A DNA stretch of 64,000 nt from a virus. The notes under the pieces were generated by a model that saw only the letters and a list, made by a program, of their open reading frames with translations, was not told where the DNA came from and made no database searches. Of this stretch, positions 1 through 7,716 are shown one piece after another (position 1 is the stretch's first letter; the number at the start of each line of letters is the position of its first letter). The DNA lies in IMG/VR virus record IMGVR_UViG_3300033153_010610, positions 1-64,000 of that record; one strand, given 5' to 3'. The translations under genes and the position numbers were made by a program.

Positions 1-396
1 GTACCAGGGACTCTTCTCAGCCACCCTCTCTTCCTCGTTCCACTCGCTCTTGAGTTGCTCGGTGAAGGTCGGGCCGTCGTCGCCGGGTTCGACCTCGTCG
101 ATGCCCCAGTCCTCGTCAGTCATGCTGTTGAGCAGGGCGTCCAGAGCGACGTCCACTGCGAACATGAGGTCCGCGTGGTCTCTGGCGGTGGAGAGGTCCA
201 AGTCCCAGCCCTCTGCCTTCAGGAAGGCCTGCAGGTGGGTCAGGTCGGAGTGGTCACCCCACTCGAGCGCCGCCGTGAGGTTCTCGACCCGCTCGACGTC
301 AGACCTGAAGGCCTCGTCGGCCCACATGATGACGAGCAGAGCGTTGCCCATAATGGTAGGATTCTGGACGGTCTCAATTACGGTCTCGGAAGCCAT
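1..396 (-). CDS. Acidic hypothetical early protein, partial (runs off left edge)
   Basis: ATG at 396 after the RBS CAGGAGAAACACACG; open frame MASETVIETVQNPT... to the edge; promoter directly upstream. Confidence 0.8.
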   Translation of the reverse strand, partial: MASETVIETVQNPTIMGNALLVIMWADEAFRSDVERVENLTAALEWGDHSDLTHLQAFLKAEGWDLDLSTARDHADLMFAVDVALDALLNSMTDEDWGIDEVEPGDDGPTFTEQLKSEWNEEERVAEKSPWY

Positions 397-423
397 CGTG
401 TGTTTCTCCTGTGCTCAGCCAGA

Positions 424-452
424 ATACTGGCAGAGCCTGTGGTGCGTGTCAA
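424..452 (-). promoter_or_regulatory. Sigma70-like promoter
   Basis: TTGACA-17 nt-CAGTAT; matches the promoter at 3905-3933, including CCGG before the -35. Confidence 0.75.
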
Positions 453-467
453 CCGGTTTGTAGGTTA

Positions 468-527
468 GGGCGCTCCAGGGAATTGAACCCTGCGCGGACC
501 CTGGGTCCGCGGCACATGCAAGACGCT
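468..527 (-). ncRNA. tRNA-like element 1
   Basis: Hairpin CGCGGACC-CAG-GGTCCGCG then CAGGG-TTCAATT-CCCTG T-arm; intergenic. Confidence 0.6.
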
Positions 528-876
528 AGGCCACATTGAACTGGGCCTGGGACCACTTCTTCACCTTCGCCGGAGACCCCCAACACTTCGACGGTAGGTT
601 GCAGTAGACGAACCGGACTAAGTCTGGAAGGGCACTCAGACTGCGGGGGTCAGCCTTGACTACAGCGCTCAGGTCGTTCTCGACCACGGCAGTCAGGAAC
701 CCTCCCAAGGGGCGCCCGTAGTAGCCGTAGTTCACCAGGGCTTCGACGAGGTTACCCACGCCCATGTCGACAAGACACTGGGCAGACTCGACCTCGACCT
801 CACCCCAGTAGAGGCCAGCGGGCTCATCCCAGATGCCTGTGACGGTAGTCGTAAACTCTGTGTCGATGACACTCAT
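526..876 (-). CDS. Conserved phage hypothetical protein
   Basis: Motif GGFLTAVVENDL...AD...P.KCWGS typical of a widespread phage family; GAGGAG RBS. Confidence 0.8.
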   Translation of the reverse strand: MSVIDTEFTTTVTGIWDEPAGLYWGEVEVESAQCLVDMGVGNLVEALVNYGYYGRPLGGFLTAVVENDLSAVVKADPRSLSALPDLVRFVYCNLPSKCWGSPAKVKKWSQAQFNVA

Positions 877-1166
877 TGTGTGCTCCTCTCGTGATGCCTG
901 ATGAGTAGGTGCATCGCCCCGCGTATTGTGTGCCACGCGTAGACGACCCCGGGCTCCTCACTCCACGAGCACTCCCACAGGGACTCGGGCCACCCGTCCT
1001 CTCCCACCAGGGAGGTGAGAGTGAACTCGATGTGCACCCCCTCCTCGGGGAGTTGTACTCGGTAGACGTTGTACTCGTAGGGGTCCGCATTGAGGCTGTG
1101 CCCCAGGTCGAAGACCACGTTCCACAACATCTTGATGGTCTCTTTGGTGGTTTCTTGGGTTGTCAT
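873..1166 (-). CDS. Hypothetical protein
   Basis: ATGA stop/start overlaps with both neighbours; acidic. Confidence 0.75.
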   Translation of the reverse strand: MTTQETTKETIKMLWNVVFDLGHSLNADPYEYNVYRVQLPEEGVHIEFTLTSLVGEDGWPESLWECSWSEEPGVVYAWHTIRGAMHLLIRHHERSTQ

Positions 1167-1477
1167 GAGACGCGCACCGGTTGACCGGTCTCGTCGTCGT
1201 ACCGGTACTCGACGTTTGGGTCGAGTACCGGCCGGTCCATGCCCAACTCTCCCCGGAGGTACCCCATCATCTGAACCATCTCGTCGAAGAGTTGGATTTG
1301 CTCTGGGGTCATGTCCAGGACGTCCTCGGTGGCGTCAACGAACGCCTCGACCGCCTCCACGAGGCCGTCGCCATAGTTCGCGAGGCTGTCGAAGTTGCCT
1401 AGAAGCAGGTTCAACTGAGCCATCAGCGATCCCGCTATTGCGGGGTAGCAGACCTTACGGGTGTCGTTGTCGCTCAT
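1163..1477 (-). CDS. Hypothetical protein
   Basis: Start MSDNDTRK with GAGG RBS; coupled to neighbours. Confidence 0.75.
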   Translation of the reverse strand: MSDNDTRKVCYPAIAGSLMAQLNLLLGNFDSLANYGDGLVEAVEAFVDATEDVLDMTPEQIQLFDEMVQMMGYLRGELGMDRPVLDPNVEYRYDDETGQPVRVS

Positions 1478-1665
1478 TGTGTGTCCTCGGTGATGGTGGC
1501 GACCACTTCGCCAGTGTTCATGTTGATGACCGTGATCGGGAGAGACGCCTTGCCGGGTCTCCCTCGAGTCAGATCTGCATACGAATTTGCGCTGAGCTCC
1601 GCCTGGCGGGCGGACTTCCGGCGTGTCACCACGCCGAGGTTGGCTACGTGGATGGCGTACATCAT
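1474..1665 (-). CDS. Hypothetical protein
   Basis: Start MMYAIHV after GGAGG; ATGA overlaps. Confidence 0.7.
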   Translation of the reverse strand: MMYAIHVANLGVVTRRKSARQAELSANSYADLTRGRPGKASLPITVINMNTGEVVATITEDTQ

Positions 1666-2042
1666 TCCTCCCAACTCGCCAGCAGTGCCCGCAGAGCCCG
1701 GACCGAATCTGTGATGGAGATGGCGGTGTCGTTGCCGTACTTCGCCATCCAGTAGGACGACGGAGGCTCCTCTTCCTGGTGGCACTCCACCAGATGAAGC
1801 TCGATGGGGAGCGCCTCTGGCGTGACCAGGTGCGAGTCACCCCTGCCCGGTGCGGCCAAGGGATTCAAATATCCCTGCCACACGCACTCGCAGACGTGGT
1901 CGAACCTCTGCACGCTGCACTCCATGTCTGCAACCATCATCCGCAGCGCCTCGATGGGGTTCGCCTCGACGGGGGACTCTTCGAGTGCCTCGTTGAGGAT
2001 GCGGATGGCGGTGACGATCGAGTCTCTGACTTTGGTGTCCAT
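1662..2042 (-). CDS. Hypothetical protein
   Basis: AAGGAGAGACAC-ATG RBS. Confidence 0.75.
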   Translation of the reverse strand: MDTKVRDSIVTAIRILNEALEESPVEANPIEALRMMVADMECSVQRFDHVCECVWQGYLNPLAAPGRGDSHLVTPEALPIELHLVECHQEEEPPSSYWMAKYGNDTAISITDSVRALRALLASWEE

Positions 2043-2055
2043 GTGTCTCTCCTTG

Positions 2056-2100
2056 TAAGTTCAGCAACGGCCCCCCGAGGAGGGCCGGAACTCAGCGCAC
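2056..2100 (-). other. Intergenic structured element, class 2, copy A
   Basis: GTGCGCTGAG followed by a nested GGCCC...GGGGCC hairpin; related copy at 2895-2935. Confidence 0.5.
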
Positions 2101-2105
2101 AAGGG

Positions 2106-2873
2106 CTAGGCTCGCTCGATGACCTCCCACATCGCGTCGCACTCCTCTCTGGTCAGTTCGTCCAGGTCCTCGGGCAGCAGGTTGATGTGGTTCTCCCACT
2201 CCTCGCACCCGTCGATGTGCTCGTCCATGAGCACGCTGACCTCACCATGACCTCCCTCGTCGGCACGTACGACCGTGCCCTCAGCCCCAGCCGGAACCTT
2301 GAAGTAGGGGTACGCGAGGTCGAACTCTTGGCGGAGCCTCACTCGGTCCCCGACATTCCAGTCCAGGAGTCCCGGTTCGACCTCTACCCAGATGAATCCG
2401 AGGCCCACGTCGTAGACGTTCTCGCCAGCATCGTCACACCACTCTGGGGACACGGGGTCGGCGGCGTCACCCTCCTCCTCCCACTCGCAACAGACGTGGA
2501 GCATGATGCACCCGGTCCCGTCGTCGATCAGGTTCATGGTCACCCCATCCAGGATGGCCACGACCTCAGGGAGCGTCTCAGCAGTCACGCGAGGCACCGC
2601 CCAGCCGTTCCACCTCGACCCATCAGTCCAGCCCTCGAAGGACGCACCGGACTCGTCCTCGTCTATCTCAAAGCGGGTCTTCACCCACTTCGACGCCGAG
2701 GTGACGAACGCCACGTGGTCGGCGAGGAAGGCCTCAGCCTCGTTCGCTGGGACCATGTGCTGGAACCCACCACCGGCGTAGTGGAAGCGCAGGGAACCGT
2801 CGTGCCGCGTCTCGACTCGGATGGCTGCTCCGGCATTGCCGACGTTCGCTTTGTGGATCATCAGGTCACTCAT
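2106..2873 (-). CDS. Hypothetical acidic protein
   Basis: 255 aa; GGAGAGACACAC-ATG RBS; WNGWAVP motif. Confidence 0.8.
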   Translation of the reverse strand: MSDLMIHKANVGNAGAAIRVETRHDGSLRFHYAGGGFQHMVPANEAEAFLADHVAFVTSASKWVKTRFEIDEDESGASFEGWTDGSRWNGWAVPRVTAETLPEVVAILDGVTMNLIDDGTGCIMLHVCCEWEEEGDAADPVSPEWCDDAGENVYDVGLGFIWVEVEPGLLDWNVGDRVRLRQEFDLAYPYFKVPAGAEGTVVRADEGGHGEVSVLMDEHIDGCEEWENHINLLPEDLDELTREECDAMWEVIERA

Positions 2874-2894
2874 GTGTGTCTCTCCGTTCGTATG

Positions 2895-2935
2895 GTGAGT
2901 CCATGGCCCCCGCAGGGGCCGCAGGCTCAGCGCAC
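2895..2935 (-). other. Intergenic structured element, class 2, copy B
   Basis: GTGCGCTGAG plus GGCCCC-TGCG-GGGGCC hairpin closed by TGAG/CTCA. Confidence 0.5.
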
Positions 2936-2943
2936 GACCGCCG

Positions 2944-3300
2944 CTACTTGCCTCGCTCTGCGATGGCCAGCGTCACCGCCTCGCAGAGGTACTCCCAGAG
3001 CCTCATCGAGACGTCAGGGAGATCCTCATCGTCGCCCTCCTCAGCCATCTTGTCGAAGAGGCCAGCCGCCTCGACCAAGTGGAAGACCGCCTCGCAGTCG
3101 AAGCTCGGATACATGTCGGTGATGTGGTCGTACACGTATCGTACGACCCCCTCCTCGCCATCAGTGATGGCGAAGGCCGCCTCGACCCTGTAGTCGGCCT
3201 CATCGTCCCACTCGGTCTCTTCGACCGCCCGGTACTCGACCTCGCGCCCACTCTTCTTCCGCTCGTAGCGCCCACAGAAACTGGTCTCGGTCTTAGCCAT
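2944..3300 (-). CDS. Hypothetical acidic protein
   Basis: GAGGAGG RBS; overlaps upstream gene. Confidence 0.75.
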   Translation of the reverse strand: MAKTETSFCGRYERKKSGREVEYRAVEETEWDDEADYRVEAAFAITDGEEGVVRYVYDHITDMYPSFDCEAVFHLVEAAGLFDKMAEEGDDEDLPDVSMRLWEYLCEAVTLAIAERGK

Positions 3301-3592
3301 TTTTCAATTCCTCCTCGTAGTGGTGTTGCAGGTTCTCCAGCGCCTCGATGGGGCTGGCGCCCACTCCGTAGCCCTTGTCGAGCGTCCAGGAAGCCTCCCA
3401 GACTGCGACCGGAATCCCAGCGCCGTCGACCACTCCAGCGAGAGCCACGGTGGCCCACTCGGTCGGCCCGAGCGCCACGCGAAACTCAGCACTGGAGTCG
3501 GTGGCCTCGAAGGCCGTTCCACCGTGCTGGAGGTCGTAGAGGAGGATTGCGAGATACCCCACGAGACTCGTGTAGTGTCCATGCCTATTCAT
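3293..3592 (-). CDS. Hypothetical protein
   Basis: Start MNRHGHY after GGAGGG. Confidence 0.7.
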   Translation of the reverse strand: MNRHGHYTSLVGYLAILLYDLQHGGTAFEATDSSAEFRVALGPTEWATVALAGVVDGAGIPVAVWEASWTLDKGYGVGASPIEALENLQHHYEEELKNG

Positions 3593-3878
3593 GGTCCCCC
3601 TCCAAGGCTGCGAAGTAGAGGTACTGGTCGAGGTCGGTCCGGATGGCCTCCAAGGCCTGCAGCGCGCGGTCATCCCCGGCGGTCGCTGCGCTCTGCAGCA
3701 CCTCGATGGCCTCGTCGGCCTGCACCATCGGACTGCGAGAGACGCGCAGGAGCGCCTCCACGAGGATAGTCCCGAGGTCCTCATCGCGGATGAGATCTTC
3801 AGCGGCCTCTAGGGCCCGAGGGCCCCCTTTCTCCCAGGTGTCCGCAAATTCAACAGCGAGTTTGGTCAGGTCACTCAT
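3585..3878 (-). CDS. Hypothetical protein
   Basis: CAGGAGAAACACGC-ATG; first gene after the promoter. Confidence 0.8.
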   Translation of the reverse strand: MSDLTKLAVEFADTWEKGGPRALEAAEDLIRDEDLGTILVEALLRVSRSPMVQADEAIEVLQSAATAGDDRALQALEAIRTDLDQYLYFAALEGDHE

Positions 3879-3904
3879 GCGTGTTTCTCCTGTGGCTCAC
3901 CGGT

Positions 3905-3933
3905 ATTCTGACGGCGCACCATGCACCTGTCAA
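3905..3933 (-). promoter_or_regulatory. Sigma70-like promoter
   Basis: TTGACA-17 nt-CAGAAT. Confidence 0.75.
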
Positions 3934-3950
3934 CCGGAATGTGCGTTTAC

Positions 3951-4012
3951 TCCACGTCAGGGAATTGAACCCCCAGACGAGCGCAGCGCGCGCTCATCCT
4001 CACCAGTCGCAG
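3951..4012 (-). ncRNA. tRNA-like element 2
   Basis: CTGGT, 10-bp hairpin GGATGAGCGC/GCGCTCGTCT, GGGG-TTCAATT-CCCT T-arm; 5' part overlaps the upstream stop codon. Confidence 0.55.
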
Positions 4013-4377
4013 TGCCCGGGTTGGGCATGGGTAGAGAGCCACCGAGCGAGGCGCTCGTTGTTGGCGTTGTCCTGCGCTCCGCGCTGCCGCAGTCGCAGGG
4101 ATTGCTTCCGCTCGTAGCAGTCCTGAGCCGCTTCGATCAGCATCTCGTCAGTGACCTCAGACCGACGGAACGATGGCCACTTGAGGCAGTTATGCCTCAG
4201 AGAATCCGCCATCTCGGCCTCGGTCTCGAAGTGAGCGAACCCTCGCCCAGTGTTCCCATCGAGCCACGTCTGCCAGATCGAGACGAGGCACTCTTCGAGC
4301 CCGGCCTCGTTGTCGTGATCGGGCTCGTCATCGTCGGATCGACGCTCCCAGGGACCTGTCTTGCCCCAGCGCTCCAT
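4000..4377 (-). CDS. Hypothetical protein
   Basis: Start MERWGKTG after GAGGAGG. Confidence 0.7.
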   Translation of the reverse strand: MERWGKTGPWERRSDDDEPDHDNEAGLEECLVSIWQTWLDGNTGRGFAHFETEAEMADSLRHNCLKWPSFRRSEVTDEMLIEAAQDCYERKQSLRLRQRGAQDNANNERLARWLSTHAQPGHCDW

Positions 4378-4378
4378 A

Positions 4379-4792
4379 TCAGCCCTCCTCGTGACGGTGT
4401 GTAGCCGTGGGCACAATTTTGACGCCGTTACGATCGAACTGGACGCCACCAATCGCCTCCGCGAAGCGCACCGCGCGGTCTTCCCACGGGGTCGGATTCG
4501 CTTCCCACGCAGACCACTTGGTCGAGAATCCTGCCCACCAGACGCCATCGCGCACCACGAGGGCCGCGATTTCGAGCGGGAGGGAGGGCAGATCCCCCGT
4601 CCAAAGCTCCGACTCAGGGAGGCACAGGTCGTCCTGTGCTTCCAAACTCTTCGCGTCACGCAGCGGGTGGCCCTGGGGCACACCCACGTAGACGTTGACC
4701 CAGGACTGGCCCAGGACTGAGTCGCGCGCGCTCAGGGCCACCATAGGCAGCCCGTTGGCGGTGCCGTTGAACATAATTCGGATGTCACGCAC
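4379..4792 (-). CDS. Hypothetical protein
   Basis: GTG start after GGAGG; YVGVPQGHPL and WWAGF motifs seen in phage proteins. Confidence 0.7.
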   Translation of the reverse strand: MRDIRIMFNGTANGLPMVALSARDSVLGQSWVNVYVGVPQGHPLRDAKSLEAQDDLCLPESELWTGDLPSLPLEIAALVVRDGVWWAGFSTKWSAWEANPTPWEDRAVRFAEAIGGVQFDRNGVKIVPTATHRHEEG

Positions 4793-5108
4793 AGCGCACC
4801 TCCACTAGGGTCGGGATTGGTTGGATGGTCACGACGTCGCAGATCGGGCAGTCACACTCAGGGAGCGCAGCCCCGCACTCGTCACAGGAAGCCTCGTAGT
4901 CGCCGCAGCCGGCGCACGTCTGATCGAAGCCTCGCTCGGTGGTCTCGGCGCCCAGGAATTCAACCTGGACTCCGACGTCATCGCCATACTCATCCTGCAT
5001 GGCATCCACCACGCAGGGAAGACAGCACACCACCACACGGTTATGGTGGCGAGCGATCACTCCGAATGGTGGTCGCGAGTAGGTCGTGCAGATTGTCACA
5101 TCTAGCAT
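4785..5108 (-). CDS. Cys-rich (Zn-binding) hypothetical protein
   Basis: GAGGAG RBS; several CxxC pairs. Confidence 0.7.
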   Translation of the reverse strand: MLDVTICTTYSRPPFGVIARHHNRVVVCCLPCVVDAMQDEYGDDVGVQVEFLGAETTERGFDQTCAGCGDYEASCDECGAALPECDCPICDVVTIQPIPTLVEVRCA

Positions 5109-5194
5109 TTTTACTCTCCTCGAGTGGGCGCACCTCTGGAGCTCCAGCTCAGCCAGGCGCAAGTGTGGCGTGGGTTTCACGCGATTCAACATGA

Positions 5195-5248
5195 CTCGCC
5201 GAGAGGGAATCGAACCCTCCCGCACGCAGGGACTAGATGGCCGGCGAG
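5195..5248 (-). ncRNA. tRNA-like element 3
   Basis: Perfect 7-bp closing stem CTCGCCG/CGGCGAG next to a GAGGG-TTCGATT-CCCTC T-arm. Confidence 0.65.
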
Positions 5249-6072
5249 GCGACCGACTTGACGCGGGACCGCTTGCCTCCTTCGCCGACCCCGTTACACA
5301 GACCGCAGTCGACACACTGTCGACCGTGGGTGTAGTACGGGCAGAGGACCTCATTGGGCATCAGATCGACGTCCGAGAATCGGCCCTCTTTGACGGCCAG
5401 ACGGTCCTCACCAATCAGAACCCTGTAGTGACGCCAGCCGAGACCCTTAGCCTCGGTCGCAGCCTCTTTGGAGATCCCGACCGACGCCATGGCATAGTGC
5501 TTGAGCCACTGAGCGTGCGCCTCGGTCCACTCTTCCTCGTAGAGGAGGTTCCACGGGGCGGTTAGTTGGAGCAGAGGCTCCGCATACTCTTGGGCCACAT
5601 TCGACGTGTTCCCGTAGGTGCCCCAACGGCCCCATTGACCATCGAGAGCGACCGCTGCCTCTTCCAGGGAGATCGGCTGGTCGTCACGCGTAGACTTCTC
5701 TTTTGACCTCTCGCCAAACATGGTCCGCACGTAACACCGCGGCATCTCTGCCCTACACTTCTCACACTTGCGTGTGGCCGGCATGACAGGGTGTTCATGC
5801 CTGCACTCGGGACACGTAGAGGCGACGAACGGGCGCAACGCGCACCCGTTACAGATCGCCTCATCGGCGCCCGACTTTTGGTTGTCGAGAGGACTCTCGC
5901 CATTGTCGACATACATGGAGACCTGAGGTACGGGCCCGGTCTTCGGGTTGTCGGACGGTTTCTTGACGCCGGACACTACAAGACGCACAGCGTGCCCCTT
6001 GATCGTGTCGCCCTTGAACAGCACAAGGCTGTTCTTGGTCGGGCGCCTCACCTTGGGTTTGGGTCTACGCAT
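5233..6072 (-). CDS. Cys-rich conserved phage protein (DUF7227/Gp88-like, possibly metal or Fe-S binding)
   Basis: Motifs SDNPKTG, ICNGC, CYV, RWGTYGN, MASV, GWRHYR, CP..CVDCGLC; family recalled, not searched. Confidence 0.6.
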   Translation of the reverse strand: MRRPKPKVRRPTKNSLVLFKGDTIKGHAVRLVVSGVKKPSDNPKTGPVPQVSMYVDNGESPLDNQKSGADEAICNGCALRPFVASTCPECRHEHPVMPATRKCEKCRAEMPRCYVRTMFGERSKEKSTRDDQPISLEEAAVALDGQWGRWGTYGNTSNVAQEYAEPLLQLTAPWNLLYEEEWTEAHAQWLKHYAMASVGISKEAATEAKGLGWRHYRVLIGEDRLAVKEGRFSDVDLMPNEVLCPYYTHGRQCVDCGLCNGVGEGGKRSRVKSVASPAI

Positions 6073-6077
6073 TGTAG

Positions 6078-6180
6078 CCTCCTTCATAGTTTCGTGCTGT
6101 GGTTAGTTGAGCCCAGGGATTTGAACCCTACGGACATGTCGGGTGTCCGTCGCACCAAGCGACCCAGGGAACAGAACAGG
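6078..6180. repeat. 103-bp direct repeat, copy 1 (tRNA-like element 4 at 6108-6166 plus RBS)
   Basis: Matches 6388-6490 with 3 mismatches. Confidence 0.95.
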
Positions 6181-6184
6181 GAAT

Positions 6185-6382
6185 TCACCCAGCGGAGGCG
6201 GTCTCTTTTTTGAGAGCAGCCTTCGCCTTCAGTTCTTCGATCCTTCCGTACTTGCCCCAGTATATCCCCTCCCGGGCGTCTGATAATTGAGCGCACTTCC
6301 ATCTCTCGCTGTTGTCAACTGGGAATGATGTGTGGCCGACAGGTCTACCTGTCGTCAGTAATCCTCGTGCAGAGCGGGACAT
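6185..6382 (-). CDS. Small basic hypothetical protein between the 103-bp repeats
   Basis: AAGGAGG RBS is supplied by the repeat. Confidence 0.6.
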   Translation of the reverse strand: MSRSARGLLTTGRPVGHTSFPVDNSERWKCAQLSDAREGIYWGKYGRIEELKAKAALKKETASAG

Positions 6383-6387
6383 AATGA

Positions 6388-6490
6388 CCTCCTTCATAGT
6401 TTCGTGCTGTGGTTAGTTGAGCCCAGGGAATCGAACCCTACGGACATGTCGGGTATCCGTCGCACCAAGCGACCCAGGGAACAGAACAGG
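6388..6490. repeat. 103-bp direct repeat, copy 2 (tRNA-like element 5 at 6418-6476 plus RBS)
   Basis: Matches 6078-6180. Confidence 0.95.
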
Positions 6491-6502
6491 ACAGGACAGG
6501 GA

Positions 6503-6715
6503 TCAGTCTTCGTCGGGATAGGCACACTCGATTTCCTCACCACATTCGCAGTTGGTGGGGGTTTCCCAATTGACGTATCCAACGATCTCCACGCCAGTTT
6601 CCTCTGCTTCTTCTTTGGCGCATTCGTCGCAGAGAACCTCATTCTCATCGGTGAGGTACAAGAGTGGGTAACAACCCACGCTGGTGTACTTTGGGTATGC
6701 GGACATCACAGCCAC
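6503..6715 (-). CDS. Small Zn-ribbon-like protein
   Basis: GCYPLLYL..LCDEC..NWE..CECG motif. Confidence 0.75.
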   Translation of the reverse strand: MAVMSAYPKYTSVGCYPLLYLTDENEVLCDECAKEEAEETGVEIVGYVNWETPTNCECGEEIECAYPDED

Positions 6716-6933
6716 CCCTTAGCCTTCGCTCGGACTTCACCGCGCACACAATTTTCCACCGTGACAAGGTGCCACAGCGGTCGTTTCGCGACCGCTAGCC
6801 TATAGGCCAAGCGCTCCGCGATTATCTGCGCACGACTGCGCCCAGTGTCGCGCAGTCTGTTTGAGAGGAGATAGGCTCGCGCAGATCCGACCATGGATCG
6901 TCGCCTCGGCCACATCTCTGCTGATCGTTTCAT
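6706..6933 (-). CDS. Small basic hypothetical protein
   Basis: AGGAGG RBS. Confidence 0.6.
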   Translation of the reverse strand: MKRSAEMWPRRRSMVGSARAYLLSNRLRDTGRSRAQIIAERLAYRLAVAKRPLWHLVTVENCVRGEVRAKAKGWL

Positions 6934-6942
6934 TTGGACCTC

Positions 6943-7152
6943 CTACTTGTTGAAGTGATGGCGTGGGCCCGGAAAGTCAGGGACCACGACCTGACAGCGC
7001 AACTCGTGCCCGCACCGGTACTCGGGCGCAGGGAGCATGAACACGGTGAAGGTGTTGAAAACCCTGTTTCGCTCCAGACCGAAGTCGTAATTCGGGAGCA
7101 ACATCGTCTGTTTCCGAGCGTAGGCGTACGCCTCGCCATAGTTCTTGAACAT
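6943..7152 (-). CDS. Hypothetical protein
   Basis: AAGGAGG RBS before MFKNYGEAY. Confidence 0.75.
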   Translation of the reverse strand: MFKNYGEAYAYARKQTMLLPNYDFGLERNRVFNTFTVFMLPAPEYRCGHELRCQVVVPDFPGPRHHFNK

Positions 7153-7201
7153 TAGAACCTCCTTCAATTAGGGAATGAGCAGGGATTCAGGGAACCCCAA
7201 T

Positions 7202-7267
7202 TGCGAACGGGGGGAATCGAACCCCCACACCCAGAATCGTCATTCCAGGTGTCTACCAAGACGCGCA
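7202..7267 (-). ncRNA. tRNA-like element 6
   Basis: GTCT-TGGT-AGAC D-arm-like hairpin, long middle hairpin, GGGGG-TTCGATT-CCCCC T-arm, TGCG/CGCA closure. Confidence 0.65.
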
Positions 7268-7336
7268 CATGAGACCGCTATCGGTCAGGGAGCAGGGATT
7301 CAGGGAACCCCAGGGAGCAGGGAGCAGGGATCCGAC

Positions 7337-7579
7337 CTAGTTCGAGTGGAAGTACAGACCGTACACCCGCAAGGCCTTCTGTGCCTTGGCGAAGCGCGCA
7401 TAGCACCCGACCAGATCCATCTGCACATTGTGCAGGATGCCCGCCTGTACCTCGGACGGGTGGCGGACTGCCTTGTGAAGCGTCCGGAACCGGTCGGTGC
7501 ACTCGGTGTAGGCCTTGTGTGCGCTACGCGCCTCGCGCGTCAACTCTGCCACGCGGGATCCTGGGTAGTCGTCAGGCAT
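7337..7579 (-). CDS. Hypothetical protein
   Basis: AGGAGG RBS. Confidence 0.7.
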   Translation of the reverse strand: MPDDYPGSRVAELTREARSAHKAYTECTDRFRTLHKAVRHPSEVQAGILHNVQMDLVGCYARFAKAQKALRVYGLYFHSN

Positions 7580-7611
7580 TTTGCCCTCCTGTCGTGTGTT
7601 TCGTCAGGGAA

Positions 7612-7665
7612 TGCGCACGCAGGGAGTCGAACCCTCAGGGACCCGCCGATCGGGTCACGATTGCA
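7612..7665 (-). ncRNA. tRNA-like element 7
   Basis: GACCCG-ATCGG-CGGGTC hairpin then AGGG-TTCGACT-CCCT. Confidence 0.55.
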
Positions 7666-7716
7666 GGGATCAGGGAGGCAGGGATCCCAGAGGCAGGGAG
7701 GCAGGGAGCAGGGGAG

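Noticed and set aside
898-930. Hammerhead ribozyme core CTGATGAG
   Set aside because: No following stem II and GAAA, and it lies antisense within a CDS; CTGACGAAAC at about 7597-7606 (minus strand) also lacks the flanking helices
1623-3122. 499-aa plus-strand ORF
   Set aside because: Antisense shadow of well-supported minus-strand genes in high-GC DNA; no RBS or recognisable motifs
6108-6476. Calling the cloverleaf-like units true tRNA genes (for example anticodon CGA)
   Set aside because: Too short, weak acceptor stem, loop CCCGACA lacks U33, no variable loop and no adjoining CCA; kept only as tRNA-like elements
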